In this document: positions 1 through 10,072 of the stretch, in pieces
How the letters are laid out: the number at the start of each line of letters is the position of its first letter
How positions within the stretch are numbered: position 1 is the stretch's first letter
Source: Savitreella phatthalungensis
Taxonomy: Eukaryota
Length of the DNA: 41,385 nucleotides
Direction of reading: 5' to 3'
Assembly: GCA_051599415.1 (NCBI GenBank)
Contig: AP039704.1
Location: 248,001-289,385 of the forward strand
The notes under the pieces: generated by a model
What the model was told of the DNA's origin: nothing
The model's input: only the letters and a program-made list of their open reading frames with translations
Database searches by the model: none
Translations under genes and position numbers: made by a program

Positions 1-1265
1 TGACCAAGTGAAGCAACAAACGAACACGTGACACCTGACATCCAGCTGCCTTCCAATTCACAAATGGCCGCTTCATTCAGCGATTATAAAGTAGACATAG
101 CATCGTATTCGCGCAGCTGATCTTTCGAGATCAGGACAAAGGGTATCAAAGCATCTCTGCAACGGTGCCCTTGGCAGCAGCGCATTACTGGGTCTGTAAA
201 ATCATCATGGTGTGTGCCCGTGCCCGGCCGAGCCTCGACCTTTACTAGTCGAAACACTGGACACCTGCGGGCGCCCGACCAATCAAAATTCGCAGATCAG
301 AAAGCCACTCGCACGACTTCCCCACCTGTCTCATAATGCAGCGATCCTTTTGACAGCTCTGTTGAGCGTCTCGTCTCAAGTCGCGAAGCTGCTTGTACGA
401 GCTCGCGGGATATGCGCCAATGGAATAGAACAATTTCTGATTCGATGCAAGCGAAAATGTGGACAGGCTTCAGCGCGACTCTGCGCGGCAGACCTAGTGA
501 CTCTTGCTCGTCTCGCTCATCCACAGGCACTGCGACCTGTTGCTATCGCGTCCCTTTGCATTGGCTGCCTTTCAGCATGTGCGCTTTGACGATCAAGATT
601 GTTCGCGACTGCAAAATAAGCGAAGATCACCACAATCAGCGATCCTCTTCTCATGGAAGACCCCGGACTTATAAGTGAGGAACACAATTGTTGTATGCTT
701 GCACTTGTCGTGCGTCGCACTGCAAGATGATTCATCTGCGCGACACTAGCGACCGAAAAACAAGTACCAAAGAGCAGTGCTCCAAAGGAACCAAGGAGTT
801 GCGTGAGCCATGTCTATCGGAAGACCTAGTTAGCAGTTCGTCAAGGAGTAAGCGGCAGCGGGAGATTGAAGATGAGACGCCAAAACAGAAACCAGTGAAT
901 CGACGCCCAAACGAGGACGCGCTTCCATTTCCCAAGCCGGAGGTCAGTAAGGTCTGGTCATATATGAGGCTGCCTGCTGTGTCTTCTGCTGACCTGATCT
1001 CCCTATCACAGCCAGCGCCGGGGCCTCAACGGGCAGAGAGGCTGGATGAGGGTCCGCCAGAGCCATACATGCCACGCATAGAGTCGATCGACCGCTTCGG
1101 TCGCGATATGCATTCCTTCTAAGTGTACACACTCTGACACGTGGTGGCCAAACATTCTTACATACGCACCACGTTCTCTTCGTCGCTGATGAAAGCAAGC
1201 GCATCATCGCTACTATGCGCTTATGAATGGCTGATTTCCCGCGGCTCAACGACGTTGCAAGAGGC

Positions 1266-2850
1266 ATGTTGTCGTCGAGATTGCTTGTCCTCCCTCTCGT
1301 CAGTATCGCAGATGCCATTCGGGGCCTGACTGCCTCCGATTTAATGACGGTCGGCCCTACGACAGGGATCGAGCACAAACAAGAGTTGAGAGTGTGTGAT
1401 GTCCGCGATTATGGTGCGAGAGTTGACGATCCTGGCGCCGATCTAGCTTTGCCGCTTCTGAGGGCGTGGAAGGCGTGTACGACTGGGGGGATTGTCCACA
1501 TCGGCCCAGGGAACTGGACCTTGAGAGAAAATGTCACACTTAAAGGCGGTGCAGGGATCGCCGTGCGACTCGACGGTATCATAGATGTCCGAATGGAGTC
1601 AGCCGATACCGCACTCGTTTTCGTCGATTGTGACGATCTCGAGTTCTTCTCTCCCATGGGCGCCGGTGGAATTCAAGGCAACGGCTATAGCCGCAGGCAG
1701 CAATCCAACACGGACCCGGCTCGAGGTCAGCGCATTCTGCGCTTGATCAATTCCTCGAACATATCTATCCACGACTTGCGCTTCGCAGACGCCGAAGCGT
1801 TTGTCATTGTCGTGCAGACGAGCTGCAATGTCGAACTCTATAATCTGGCAATCAGCCAGCCAGACATCGGGGGCACGGATGCAATTGATGTGAGTGGCCA
1901 GAATATCTGGATACACGACGTGATGGCCCAGGGAAAGGATGAGTGTATCACAATAAAGTCTCCATCTGATCGCATCCTGGTCGAGCAAATTCACTGCAAT
2001 AGATCCGGTGGCTGCGCCATAGGCAGCCTTCGAGCTGGAACAGCTGTGAGCAATGTAACCTATCGCCATATTTACGCATGGTCAGTCGATAATTGTCCGA
2101 TCGGCAAAGCCAGCTGACGCAAACAGGAGCTGTAACCAGATGTTCATGATAAAAACCAACGGAGGAGATGGTCATGTGAACGACATTCTTCTCGAGGTAG
2201 GTTCACACGCTCTTGGATACGAGCTGCAAGCTGACATCAAGGACTTCCGCGGTGTCAACAATCAGTATGCACTCAAATTAGACATGGCATGGGGAAAAAT
2301 CCCCCGAGCTCCGGGACCAGGTCCGAGTATCGAACGACTATCTGTCTATGCAAGTCTCCATCGTCAGCTCTCTCGGACATTGCTGACCACCACATTCAGG
2401 ACTGGACTGCACGCATCAAAGGAAGCAATCCGAGACGTATGCTTTGCCATTCAGCAAGCCACGCTAAAACTGACACCTTCAGCTGCCATCATGCTAGATT
2501 GCGATGTCGCTCAGCCGTGCAGGCAGATCGACATGCAGAATATTGAGTTCATTCGAGATGACGGCACAGCATGGAAAGCCTACTGCAACGCTGCGGAGGG
2601 TACAGGAATTCCTTGCCTTGCACACACTACTGCAGCAGGACCCAGTACTGCTGCTGTGAGTCCGAGCATGGCGTTCGATGCCGCGTCTCTGAGACAGATG
2701 GACGCAGACGCAGTGGAGGGCTATGATCAATACCAGCCCATACCTTTGCCAGATCTGCCGACAAGCTATTTCCCAGGCAGATCGCCGATCAAACCTCAAG
2801 CATCCCCATTCATGAAGCGGAGGCTCGACAAAAAGGCACAATTTTGGTAG
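1266..2850 (+). CDS. Secreted GH28 rhamnogalacturonase (RhgA-like, pectin-lyase beta-helix), 5 exons
   Basis: GH28 motifs GTDAIDV, KDECITIKS and SGGCAIGSL. Removing introns 2081-2126, 2197-2241, 2350-2399 (GC-AG) and 2437-2482, each with a CTGAC branch site, gives YAWSCNQMFMIKTNGG...DWTARIKGSNPRPAIMLDC, which resembles RhgA. A hydrophobic N-terminus follows ATG 1266; the alternative start is ATG 1227. Confidence 0.85.
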
Positions 2851-3251
2851 AGATCTGGCGACAACGGCAATCAGATATTGCATGGCAACCCACGTTAGCA
2901 CTTTTCAGAAGCAGATCACGTGGCTGATATTCTCTAGCTTTCCACAATCTATGACTACGGCGATGAATTGGTTGTGTGCAGATTTTTTGCATTCAGAAAG
3001 TCGCGTGTGCGTGATCTTCCACTGCAGTGGGTTTTCGTGTCGCTTGCTGCGGACTGCTTGCCAAGTCGGCCGCTTATTGATTTCAGGAAGTGACGACACC
3101 GAGATACCACAATCATTTGTCGAGGCTTGCCTGCAGCATCGTCCCGGGACGAAGGAGGGGCGTCCTGTGGGCGTCAGACACGAGCGTCGCAATCCCAGTC
3201 AGCACTAGTACGAGACTGGGAGCTATCATAGAGATATCGTTTATGTTCGCC

Positions 3252-4972
3252 ATGCGAATCGAAGAAGTCCGGCACAAGGTAATGCACAATTTACAAGGCC
3301 TACATGGAGCTATTCCCAGTCATGACTAACAATGCAGCTTCACTTTGCCGAGCTCTGTCAGTTCATCATATTGTTCTCAGACGTCTTGAATGTGCACGAT
3401 TTCTCGGTCGAACGGTTGGAGAAGGACCTGGCCAACGACGCAACCGATGGGGAATATGCGAGAGAAATACGGTTGGCGTTGATTCAGTCGCTGAGTTCCA
3501 ACAGGAACGTTACGGCAGACAATATGGATGACTTCATCAGGAGGCAGTACACCTGGCGAAGACAGGAGAATCCTCTACTACATGTTCAAAGAGTGTGGAG
3601 GTCTCTGTCGCCGAGTCGTGATTCTCGCGCCGGAGATGAATCTGACTCAGATAGCAGCCTACATGACATCGCTGAGGTAGAGGAGAAGCAAGCGATCGGC
3701 TGGCTCGAGGTTGATATCGATTGCAGACTATCCGTATTGCGGGATCTCTGCGAATGGCATCTGCAAAGCGAAAAATTTCGCGAGAGGGCAAATGTCGCGT
3801 CCGATCGCGAGATGGTGGAGTGGCGCATCCAGCCTATTGGCCGCGACGCCTGCAATCTACTCTACTATTACTTAGACGACGATCGATTGTATCGCGGGAT
3901 CGATCCTTTTTCCCCCAAGCGACGGCCGCCATCGACTGCGAAAACCTCAGTGAAGAAGCGCAAGCGTGCATCCTCGACTCATTCAGCGAAGGAGGTGAAC
4001 GCTGCCCTTGAGAAGGCATTCGATGCGCTCGTCGGCCATGACAATGACGGAGATTGGACGTGCCTGGCGACCTGTTTTACAGAATTCTCTGATCTGGTAC
4101 AGCGTCTCCCAAAGCCGCGCTCCGATGACGAGGCGGAACTATTTTCCTATCTGCGCGATGGGCTTCTCCCGCCGATGGAAGAAGCTGAAATTGAGAAACA
4201 GGCCCTTGCGCAGAAGAAGGAAATCGAGCGCTTGAAAGAGCTGCAACGCTTGGAAGCCATGGCAAATCGCAAGCGCAGCAGTCGCATACAGGCCAAGGAC
4301 CAGCAGCGCGCCGAGGAAGAGGCGCGCGATCTTGAGCGACGTCGCGTCGCTGAGCTTGAGATGCAGGCAGAGAAGGCACGACTTGAGAAGATCAGACGAG
4401 AACAAGCGTATCAGGCACAGGTCGTGTCACCGGCTCCGCCGCGCGTGACACGAGAGGCACGACTACGCGAACGCGCTCTGCGTGAGTTTTTGCGGCAACA
4501 AGGCGAAGGTGATTCCGCGGGTCTAAAGAATGTCGAACAACGCTGCCTTGACGACGCAATCAGTGACCACACGTTGCAAGACTCAGGAATGACGACACCC
4601 CAAATGCATGAGGCCGAGCAGAAAATTGTCGTTCCATTAGCTGTAGCGAAGTCTGACGAACAGTCCGGCAATGATTGGCCACCGAAGCATGCGTCGAAGA
4701 CCGATGGCACCTACAAGCAGGATCTCGCGGCGGCAGATCCAGTGACGACAGACCGAGTGCAACAGCTTTTGAGGTCAGCTGAGGAAATAGCTCCTGCTGT
4801 CAATGGAACTCAGGACCTCAAGACTCCAGAAGAAATTGAGCATGACGAAGCAGCCTCAGAGATCCAGAGCCGTGATCCCACACAGCTCAGCTCTCCCAAG
4901 GCTGCTGATAAATCGATCTACCGAAATTGTGACGCGACAAGCGACGTGGCACATGATATAGCTCGAGAATGA
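3252..4972 (+). CDS. DDT/WHIM1-type chromatin-associated protein (ISWI-partner-like), with one 5' intron
   Basis: Long ORF with VLRDLCEW and WRIQPIGRD..YYYLDDDRLYR (WHIM-like), a basic NLS (KKRKR) and an E/R/K coiled coil. Intron 3279-3337 (GTAATG...ACTAAC...CAG) joins MRIEEVRHK to LHFAELCQF. The alternative start is ATG 3243. Confidence 0.65.
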
Positions 4973-6376
4973 ATCGCTCCGTTGAGCTGCGCTCTCTATC
5001 TCCCGCGCGACATCATTAGGATGCCAGTTCAGAGCGCCAGACGCTGGCTTGGACTCGTGCCCTGCGTACTGGGGATACGAGTAAATGCTCAGATTCACAA
5101 GGATGGGCCAAGAGATCAATAACAGCCGCGGAGGAATACGTCAGCTATTAAGCTTAAAAACCCTTCCGCGCTGATTTGCTGACATGCATGCGTGGCCGAT
5201 CAGGATACAAGGATGGTCCCTCCACATCCGCTTTCCGCGCGGAGAATACGATGAAAATGCGTCTCATCCGCATTTACCGGATTGCACGTCACTGTACGGG
5301 GCGGTCACGCGATTCGACGCGAAGGATACGATTCTGGAGCAGGTCGAATTAAACCTTGCCAATTCAGAGCCTCGAATCCTACACGAGCTTCGCGGGTGCA
5401 TCGACTCGTTTGGAGACTGCCATACCAACAAAAGTCTTGCTCGTTTGTCTCGAGTGCCCGCACATTGTTTGATTTGCTGCTCGCGTATTTAATTGACATT
5501 GGCCACAACCGCCCTCAGAAACAAATATGAATCCGCATTGACCAACCATTCATCCTGAAGCTCTGGATACCGACGTTTTTCAGCGCGACTGGAATCCAGC
5601 CCTGCCAATCCATGCACTGATTTGAACATCTGAAAGCGAGGTTTTTCCAACCCTCTGTTGGTCTAAAGCGCTCAAACTGGAATTTGACATGGCTGAGGCT
5701 AAATGATGGATCAATCTGCAGCGTGGTCAAAATTCGGAAACCTGAATCGAAATCACTTCATTGCTTGACAGTACTGGGCTCCTATTCCTGGCAGCGAAGT
5801 CCCGAGCTAGAGCATGAGCGTGTACGCCGTGGGCCTAGACTATTGGCTCGAGGTATAGACAATCTCTCGCAAGTCTGGACCAAATGACGAATTATCCTTG
5901 AGCATCGATAGACGCCAGCTTAGCTGATGTTTTCTGGGCCACAAACTATGGAGGGGAAGTCGGGACAGAAAGAGGTCAATAGGCAGCTCGATATGTTTCA
6001 GGATAGTCATGAAGCCTCTAGGTTGTGTGGTAAACGCACTCGACCCCATGATCTGATCCATCACCCCACTGCTGTCAGTCGACGAGCAGCAGTCCGACCA
6101 CTGACCCGGCTCGATAAGAGAGGTCGCTCAGGCAACACTTTGGTACAGATTCCAGCACTACCGCTTGCGCGCTGTGACGCTACTCAGAAAAGCGAAGACT
6201 GAATCGTCATCAGGCTCTGTCGGTCTTTGTGACACGAGTCGAAACTCGAGAGGTCAGAGTGTATCGACGTGCTAACCTGCGAGGATATAGCCTTAGGCGA
6301 CAGTCTCCGCTACTATTTGATTCCACAAGCGCGTAGAGCGAGCGAGCAGGACACTCTTCTGATCAAAGACCCCGAC

Positions 6377-7474
6377 ATGAAGCCTCTCGAGCATGGAGAG
6401 CGCCGCGGCACCCTTTATGCTTACGCATATGTTATCATTGTCAACTACATCATCGCTCTGTGGTTTCTGACAAGATACCTCTTCGAGCGCGTTGTCATGC
6501 CAAAGCTGCTCGGTCCATCATTCCGAAGAATGGACGAAGGCAATCAGCGTACCATGGTCAACCATTTCGTCAATATATTTTGGAAGACCTCCACACTTTT
6601 TGGGCTCTACCCCTTCATCATGACAGTCGTGCTCGGCCATTCGGAGCGCACTTATTTACAGTACGGCAAAGTCACATACGGCGACCTGTTAGCCCTGGAC
6701 TACATGCTGTTCACAGCTGGGTTCCTGTTTGAGATCATATACCGATCACGCATTTCTCTGGTCACCGCCATCCATCACATCGTCGCTCTGTTTTTGTCGA
6801 CGCTGGTTGCAGTTATCATCGTCAATAACCCACGCAATCTCGAGGCTCAGGCCGAACTAAAGCTCATCTTTACTTACGGCTTCTTTGAGGTCTTCTTTGA
6901 GACTGGACCCCATGTCATGATGATTTTGTACAGGCGCAACCGGCACGATACCAAGATGCTGGCTCGCGGATTCCGCATCATTGCCGTAATGTCCTTCACT
7001 GGGACATTTCTGGAGCAGTTCGCCATCATGTATCTGTTCGCTAAACACTGGCCAATCTGGGACTACGCCTTCAAGGTGCTTACACCCATCCTGCACCTTT
7101 GCTTTGCTGCCGCTCAACTACACGGCGGCCGTATCTTTCTGTCACTGTCCCGTAAGATGGCAAAGGAGGAGCGTGAGAAGCAACAGCACAGCAGTGACCC
7201 TGAGTCGGTGACTGGGCTCTCCCTTTGCAGCTCTGCGATCAAGGGAAAAAGCCCGGTACTCGAAGCGATGACGGCCACAGGTTCCGAGGCAGGTACCACG
7301 ATCGTCACGGCCGCCTCGGGACACTCGGTCGGCTCGTCCAGCAAAAGCGGCGCCGTTCTGGAGTACGCCGAGCGTACGAGGACAGTCGAGTCCGACGCTG
7401 TCTCTATTGATGAACAAGAACGGCGGGCCAAAATGAACTTCAGGGAAAAGGTCAAAGACTATTTCGCCCAGTGA
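6377..7474 (+). CDS. Multi-pass membrane protein, fungal TLC-domain-like family
   Basis: About 7 hydrophobic segments, the motif FLFEIIYR..IS.V..IHH, and a Ser-rich tail. The first in-frame ATG is 6377. A branch/acceptor (GCTAAC...TAG 6290) suggests possible extra upstream exons, so the start is uncertain. Confidence 0.6.
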   Translation: MKPLEHGERRGTLYAYAYVIIVNYIIALWFLTRYLFERVVMPKLLGPSFRRMDEGNQRTMVNHFVNIFWKTSTLFGLYPFIMTVVLGHSERTYLQYGKVTYGDLLALDYMLFTAGFLFEIIYRSRISLVTAIHHIVALFLSTLVAVIIVNNPRNLEAQAELKLIFTYGFFEVFFETGPHVMMILYRRNRHDTKMLARGFRIIAVMSFTGTFLEQFAIMYLFAKHWPIWDYAFKVLTPILHLCFAAAQLHGGRIFLSLSRKMAKEEREKQQHSSDPESVTGLSLCSSAIKGKSPVLEAMTATGSEAGTTIVTAASGHSVGSSSKSGAVLEYAERTRTVESDAVSIDEQERRAKMNFREKVKDYFAQ

Positions 7475-7540
7475 GACATCTCAACGGCAATGGTCGCGTT
7501 TGTTTGCATAGTTGTCTATATATATTGCATTGCCAAAATA

Positions 7541-8812
7541 TCATGAAATAGCGTTCAAACGCTGTGCTTTGCTCGGTCCAAACACGATGGAGAACGCACT
7601 CTGGAGATCTGCAATGAGATCATCCACGTCCTCGCATCCGCATGAGATGCGCACCAAGTCTTCGTAAATACCCATACGCTCCCGCTCATCTTTTGGCAGG
7701 GCTCTATGAGTGAGTGACGATCCTGGCACCTCTACCAAGGATTCGACAGATCCGAGGCTGACAGCCCATCTGAAGATATTGAGTTTACCGCAGAAGGACT
7801 CTGCAATTGCAGTGGTCGCACCGCGCAGACGGAATGAAATCATGCCTCCACCGAGGCCATTGAGATTTTGTTTGCGCGCAATGTCGAATTGACGTTGCGA
7901 GTGCGCGAGGTCTGTCTCGTCGGTAGTAAGAAAAGTTCGGAGGTCGAGTGAAAGTAACGCATAGTTGACATGGGAGACATTTTCGGACTGCGACTTGCAC
8001 AGATAGGCCGCGATGGCGGCAGCAGTCGCCGAAGCTTCACGTACTCGCAGATGTAGCGTTTTCAGACCGCGCGAGCACAGATAACAGTCAAAAGGAGACG
8101 GCACTGCACCGGTTATGTTCCGACGAAAACGCAGGCGCGTCGCGAGCTCGTCGGAATTTAGAACGAGCACGCCCATTGTCACATCTGCATGTCCATTCAG
8201 ATATTTCGTTGCGGAGTGCAGCACAAGGTCGGCACCGAGATCGAGTGGCCGTGTGACTATCGGAGACGCAAACGTACCGTCGACACAAAGCAGCGCGCCT
8301 GTCTCATGGCAGAGCTCAGCCAGGACAGATAAATCAGTAACCTGGCAAGTGGGATTGGTTGGGGATTCAACGTAAACGAGCTTGGCTCCCTGGATTGTCT
8401 TCTGCACAGTGGCTCGGGACGCAGCTGTCGAAGTCTCAAAATCGTCGACATAGTCGACAGTGATGCCATATTCCGGTAACAAATGCTGGAGATACGCTGC
8501 TGTGCCTCCGTAGAGTGCGCGGATTGCCACCGAGCGATCGCCCGACTGTAAAATGCCGGACGTAAAAACGGCCGTGATTGCCGCCATACCAGATGAGTAG
8601 GTCAAACAGTGCTTGCCGCCTTCCAGCACTGCTAATGTCGCCTCAAGGCGGGACCGATTTGGATTGCTGCTGCGTGCATAGATATTCTCGGCGCCGCGCT
8701 CGAATGTTGTACTGAGACTCACAGCCGGTACTACTGCGCCCGTCCCAGCTTCGGCTTCATTGCCAATATGTATGGCGACTGTGCCAGGCGCGAGAGCACT
8801 ATGCTCTAGCAT
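7541..8812 (-). CDS. CYS3: Cystathionine gamma-lyase (Cys/Met metabolism PLP enzyme)
   Basis: Motifs YARSSNPNR, SSGMAAI, ESPTNP, HSATKYLNGHAD (PLP lysine), SPFDCYL..RGLKTL and SLGSVESL. First ATG is 8812. Confidence 0.85.
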   Translation of the reverse strand: MLEHSALAPGTVAIHIGNEAEAGTGAVVPAVSLSTTFERGAENIYARSSNPNRSRLEATLAVLEGGKHCLTYSSGMAAITAVFTSGILQSGDRSVAIRALYGGTAAYLQHLLPEYGITVDYVDDFETSTAASRATVQKTIQGAKLVYVESPTNPTCQVTDLSVLAELCHETGALLCVDGTFASPIVTRPLDLGADLVLHSATKYLNGHADVTMGVLVLNSDELATRLRFRRNITGAVPSPFDCYLCSRGLKTLHLRVREASATAAAIAAYLCKSQSENVSHVNYALLSLDLRTFLTTDETDLAHSQRQFDIARKQNLNGLGGGMISFRLRGATTAIAESFCGKLNIFRWAVSLGSVESLVEVPGSSLTHRALPKDERERMGIYEDLVRISCGCEDVDDLIADLQSAFSIVFGPSKAQRLNAIS

Positions 8813-9317
8813 GTCTGCGATCGTGTCGTGGGTCACGATTTTTTACGTTGCGCTTTCATAACTCGACACGCCAGCAGCGCATACTTCGTCTCATCTCGGT
8901 AAGCACGCCATCAGATGGACGCCGTGCCGCACTGTTCCACATAGATATTCACAGCTCCTACAATCTCGGAAATCCCGAGGTGGGGCCGCAAGCTGAGATT
9001 TTCCGGGGCTCCCGGTATTCCGGCAAGTCCCCGAGGCTTCGGCGCATACCTCCATATCCGGTTCGAGTCACACGGCGTGCAGCTTAATATATGTTCGTGG
9101 ATTCCCAGGTAAGCAAGCAAATCTTTTGCAGCAGATAATCTCGCGTTTCGGCGAGCTTGTTTTGGGAGCCCGTGAACCATATAGATTCCTGGCTGGGCAT
9201 GCATACCACCACGTGATCAAACCTCGAAGCTCGCCGATCAATCTCATTGCGTCAAATATTGCTTGATCTTGTGCAAGAGTTGATTAGGCTGATCTTGATC
9301 AGGCACATCTCTTCTGG

Positions 9318-10070
9318 ATGTCATCGCCTTTTATTAAGCGCTTAGCGGCGAACGATCGCCCAACGCGCGATGCTGCGGTGGCTTCACTGAAGCAATATCT
9401 CGGTTCAAAACGCGTGTTTGGAGAGATGGACTTACTAAAGCTTTGGAAAGGACTTTTCTACTGTTTTTGGCACTCCGATAGAGCACAGGTGCAGCACAAG
9501 CTCGCACAAGATCTCGCCGATCTCACGCTGATCTTGACGGATGAAAATTCGTTGACATGGTTATCGGCCTTCTGGCAAACGATGGGCAGGCAATGGAACA
9601 GCATAGATCGCTGGCGATTGGACAAATTCTACACATTACTGCGTCGCTTCGTCAACACGGCGTTCAAACGCCTCGGCCAACACGGTTGGCGCAGAGTGGA
9701 AGTAGATGCGTATGTTCAGCTTCTCGAAAGCACGACGCTGGACGCGAAAGACATACGTCAGCCGCTCGGAGTGCGCTACCATATTGCAGACATCTGGATT
9801 GAAGAGCTCGTTAATGTTCTGCGATCGCAACGCACACCAGATTCTGGCAAGCTCACACTCCTAGAACTAGCTGAAGACGTGCCGATTGATTTGCTCGTAC
9901 GGCCGTTCGAGATCATCTGCGCAACGTGTCCGACGAAGTCATTCAGAGATCGTTGTAAAGTGGAAGTTCTGAATAACAACTTACTAGCAGGTTTACGCGG
10001 TCACGAGTCTAAACGTGATCACGAGGCTAAGCTAGATTCAGATGAAGAGTCCTTTGTAGGCTTCGATTGA
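9318..10070 (+). CDS. RRP1: Ribosome biogenesis protein Rrp1/Nop52
   Basis: Motifs FIKRLAANDR.TRD.A, LLKLWKGLFYCFWHSD and W..IDRWRLDKFY.LLRR. Confidence 0.92.
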   Translation: MSSPFIKRLAANDRPTRDAAVASLKQYLGSKRVFGEMDLLKLWKGLFYCFWHSDRAQVQHKLAQDLADLTLILTDENSLTWLSAFWQTMGRQWNSIDRWRLDKFYTLLRRFVNTAFKRLGQHGWRRVEVDAYVQLLESTTLDAKDIRQPLGVRYHIADIWIEELVNVLRSQRTPDSGKLTLLELAEDVPIDLLVRPFEIICATCPTKSFRDRCKVEVLNNNLLAGLRGHESKRDHEAKLDSDEESFVGFD

Positions 10071-10072
10071 TG

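Noticed and set aside
212..1122. Possible small gene(s) at the window start (e.g. 688-1122)
   Set aside because: The hydrophilic 3' ORF could be a terminal exon, but I could not build a consistent spliced model or recognise a family.
5184..6290. Short ORFs or extra exons upstream of the TLC-like gene
   Set aside because: Splice signals exist (GTCAGT at 6074, GCTAAC..TAG at 6290), but the resulting peptide has no supportable similarity.
8960..9060. GC-rich stems suggesting an ncRNA in the CYS3/RRP1 intergenic region
   Set aside because: Only short 6-7 bp stems are present, with no tRNA, snoRNA or snRNA motifs.
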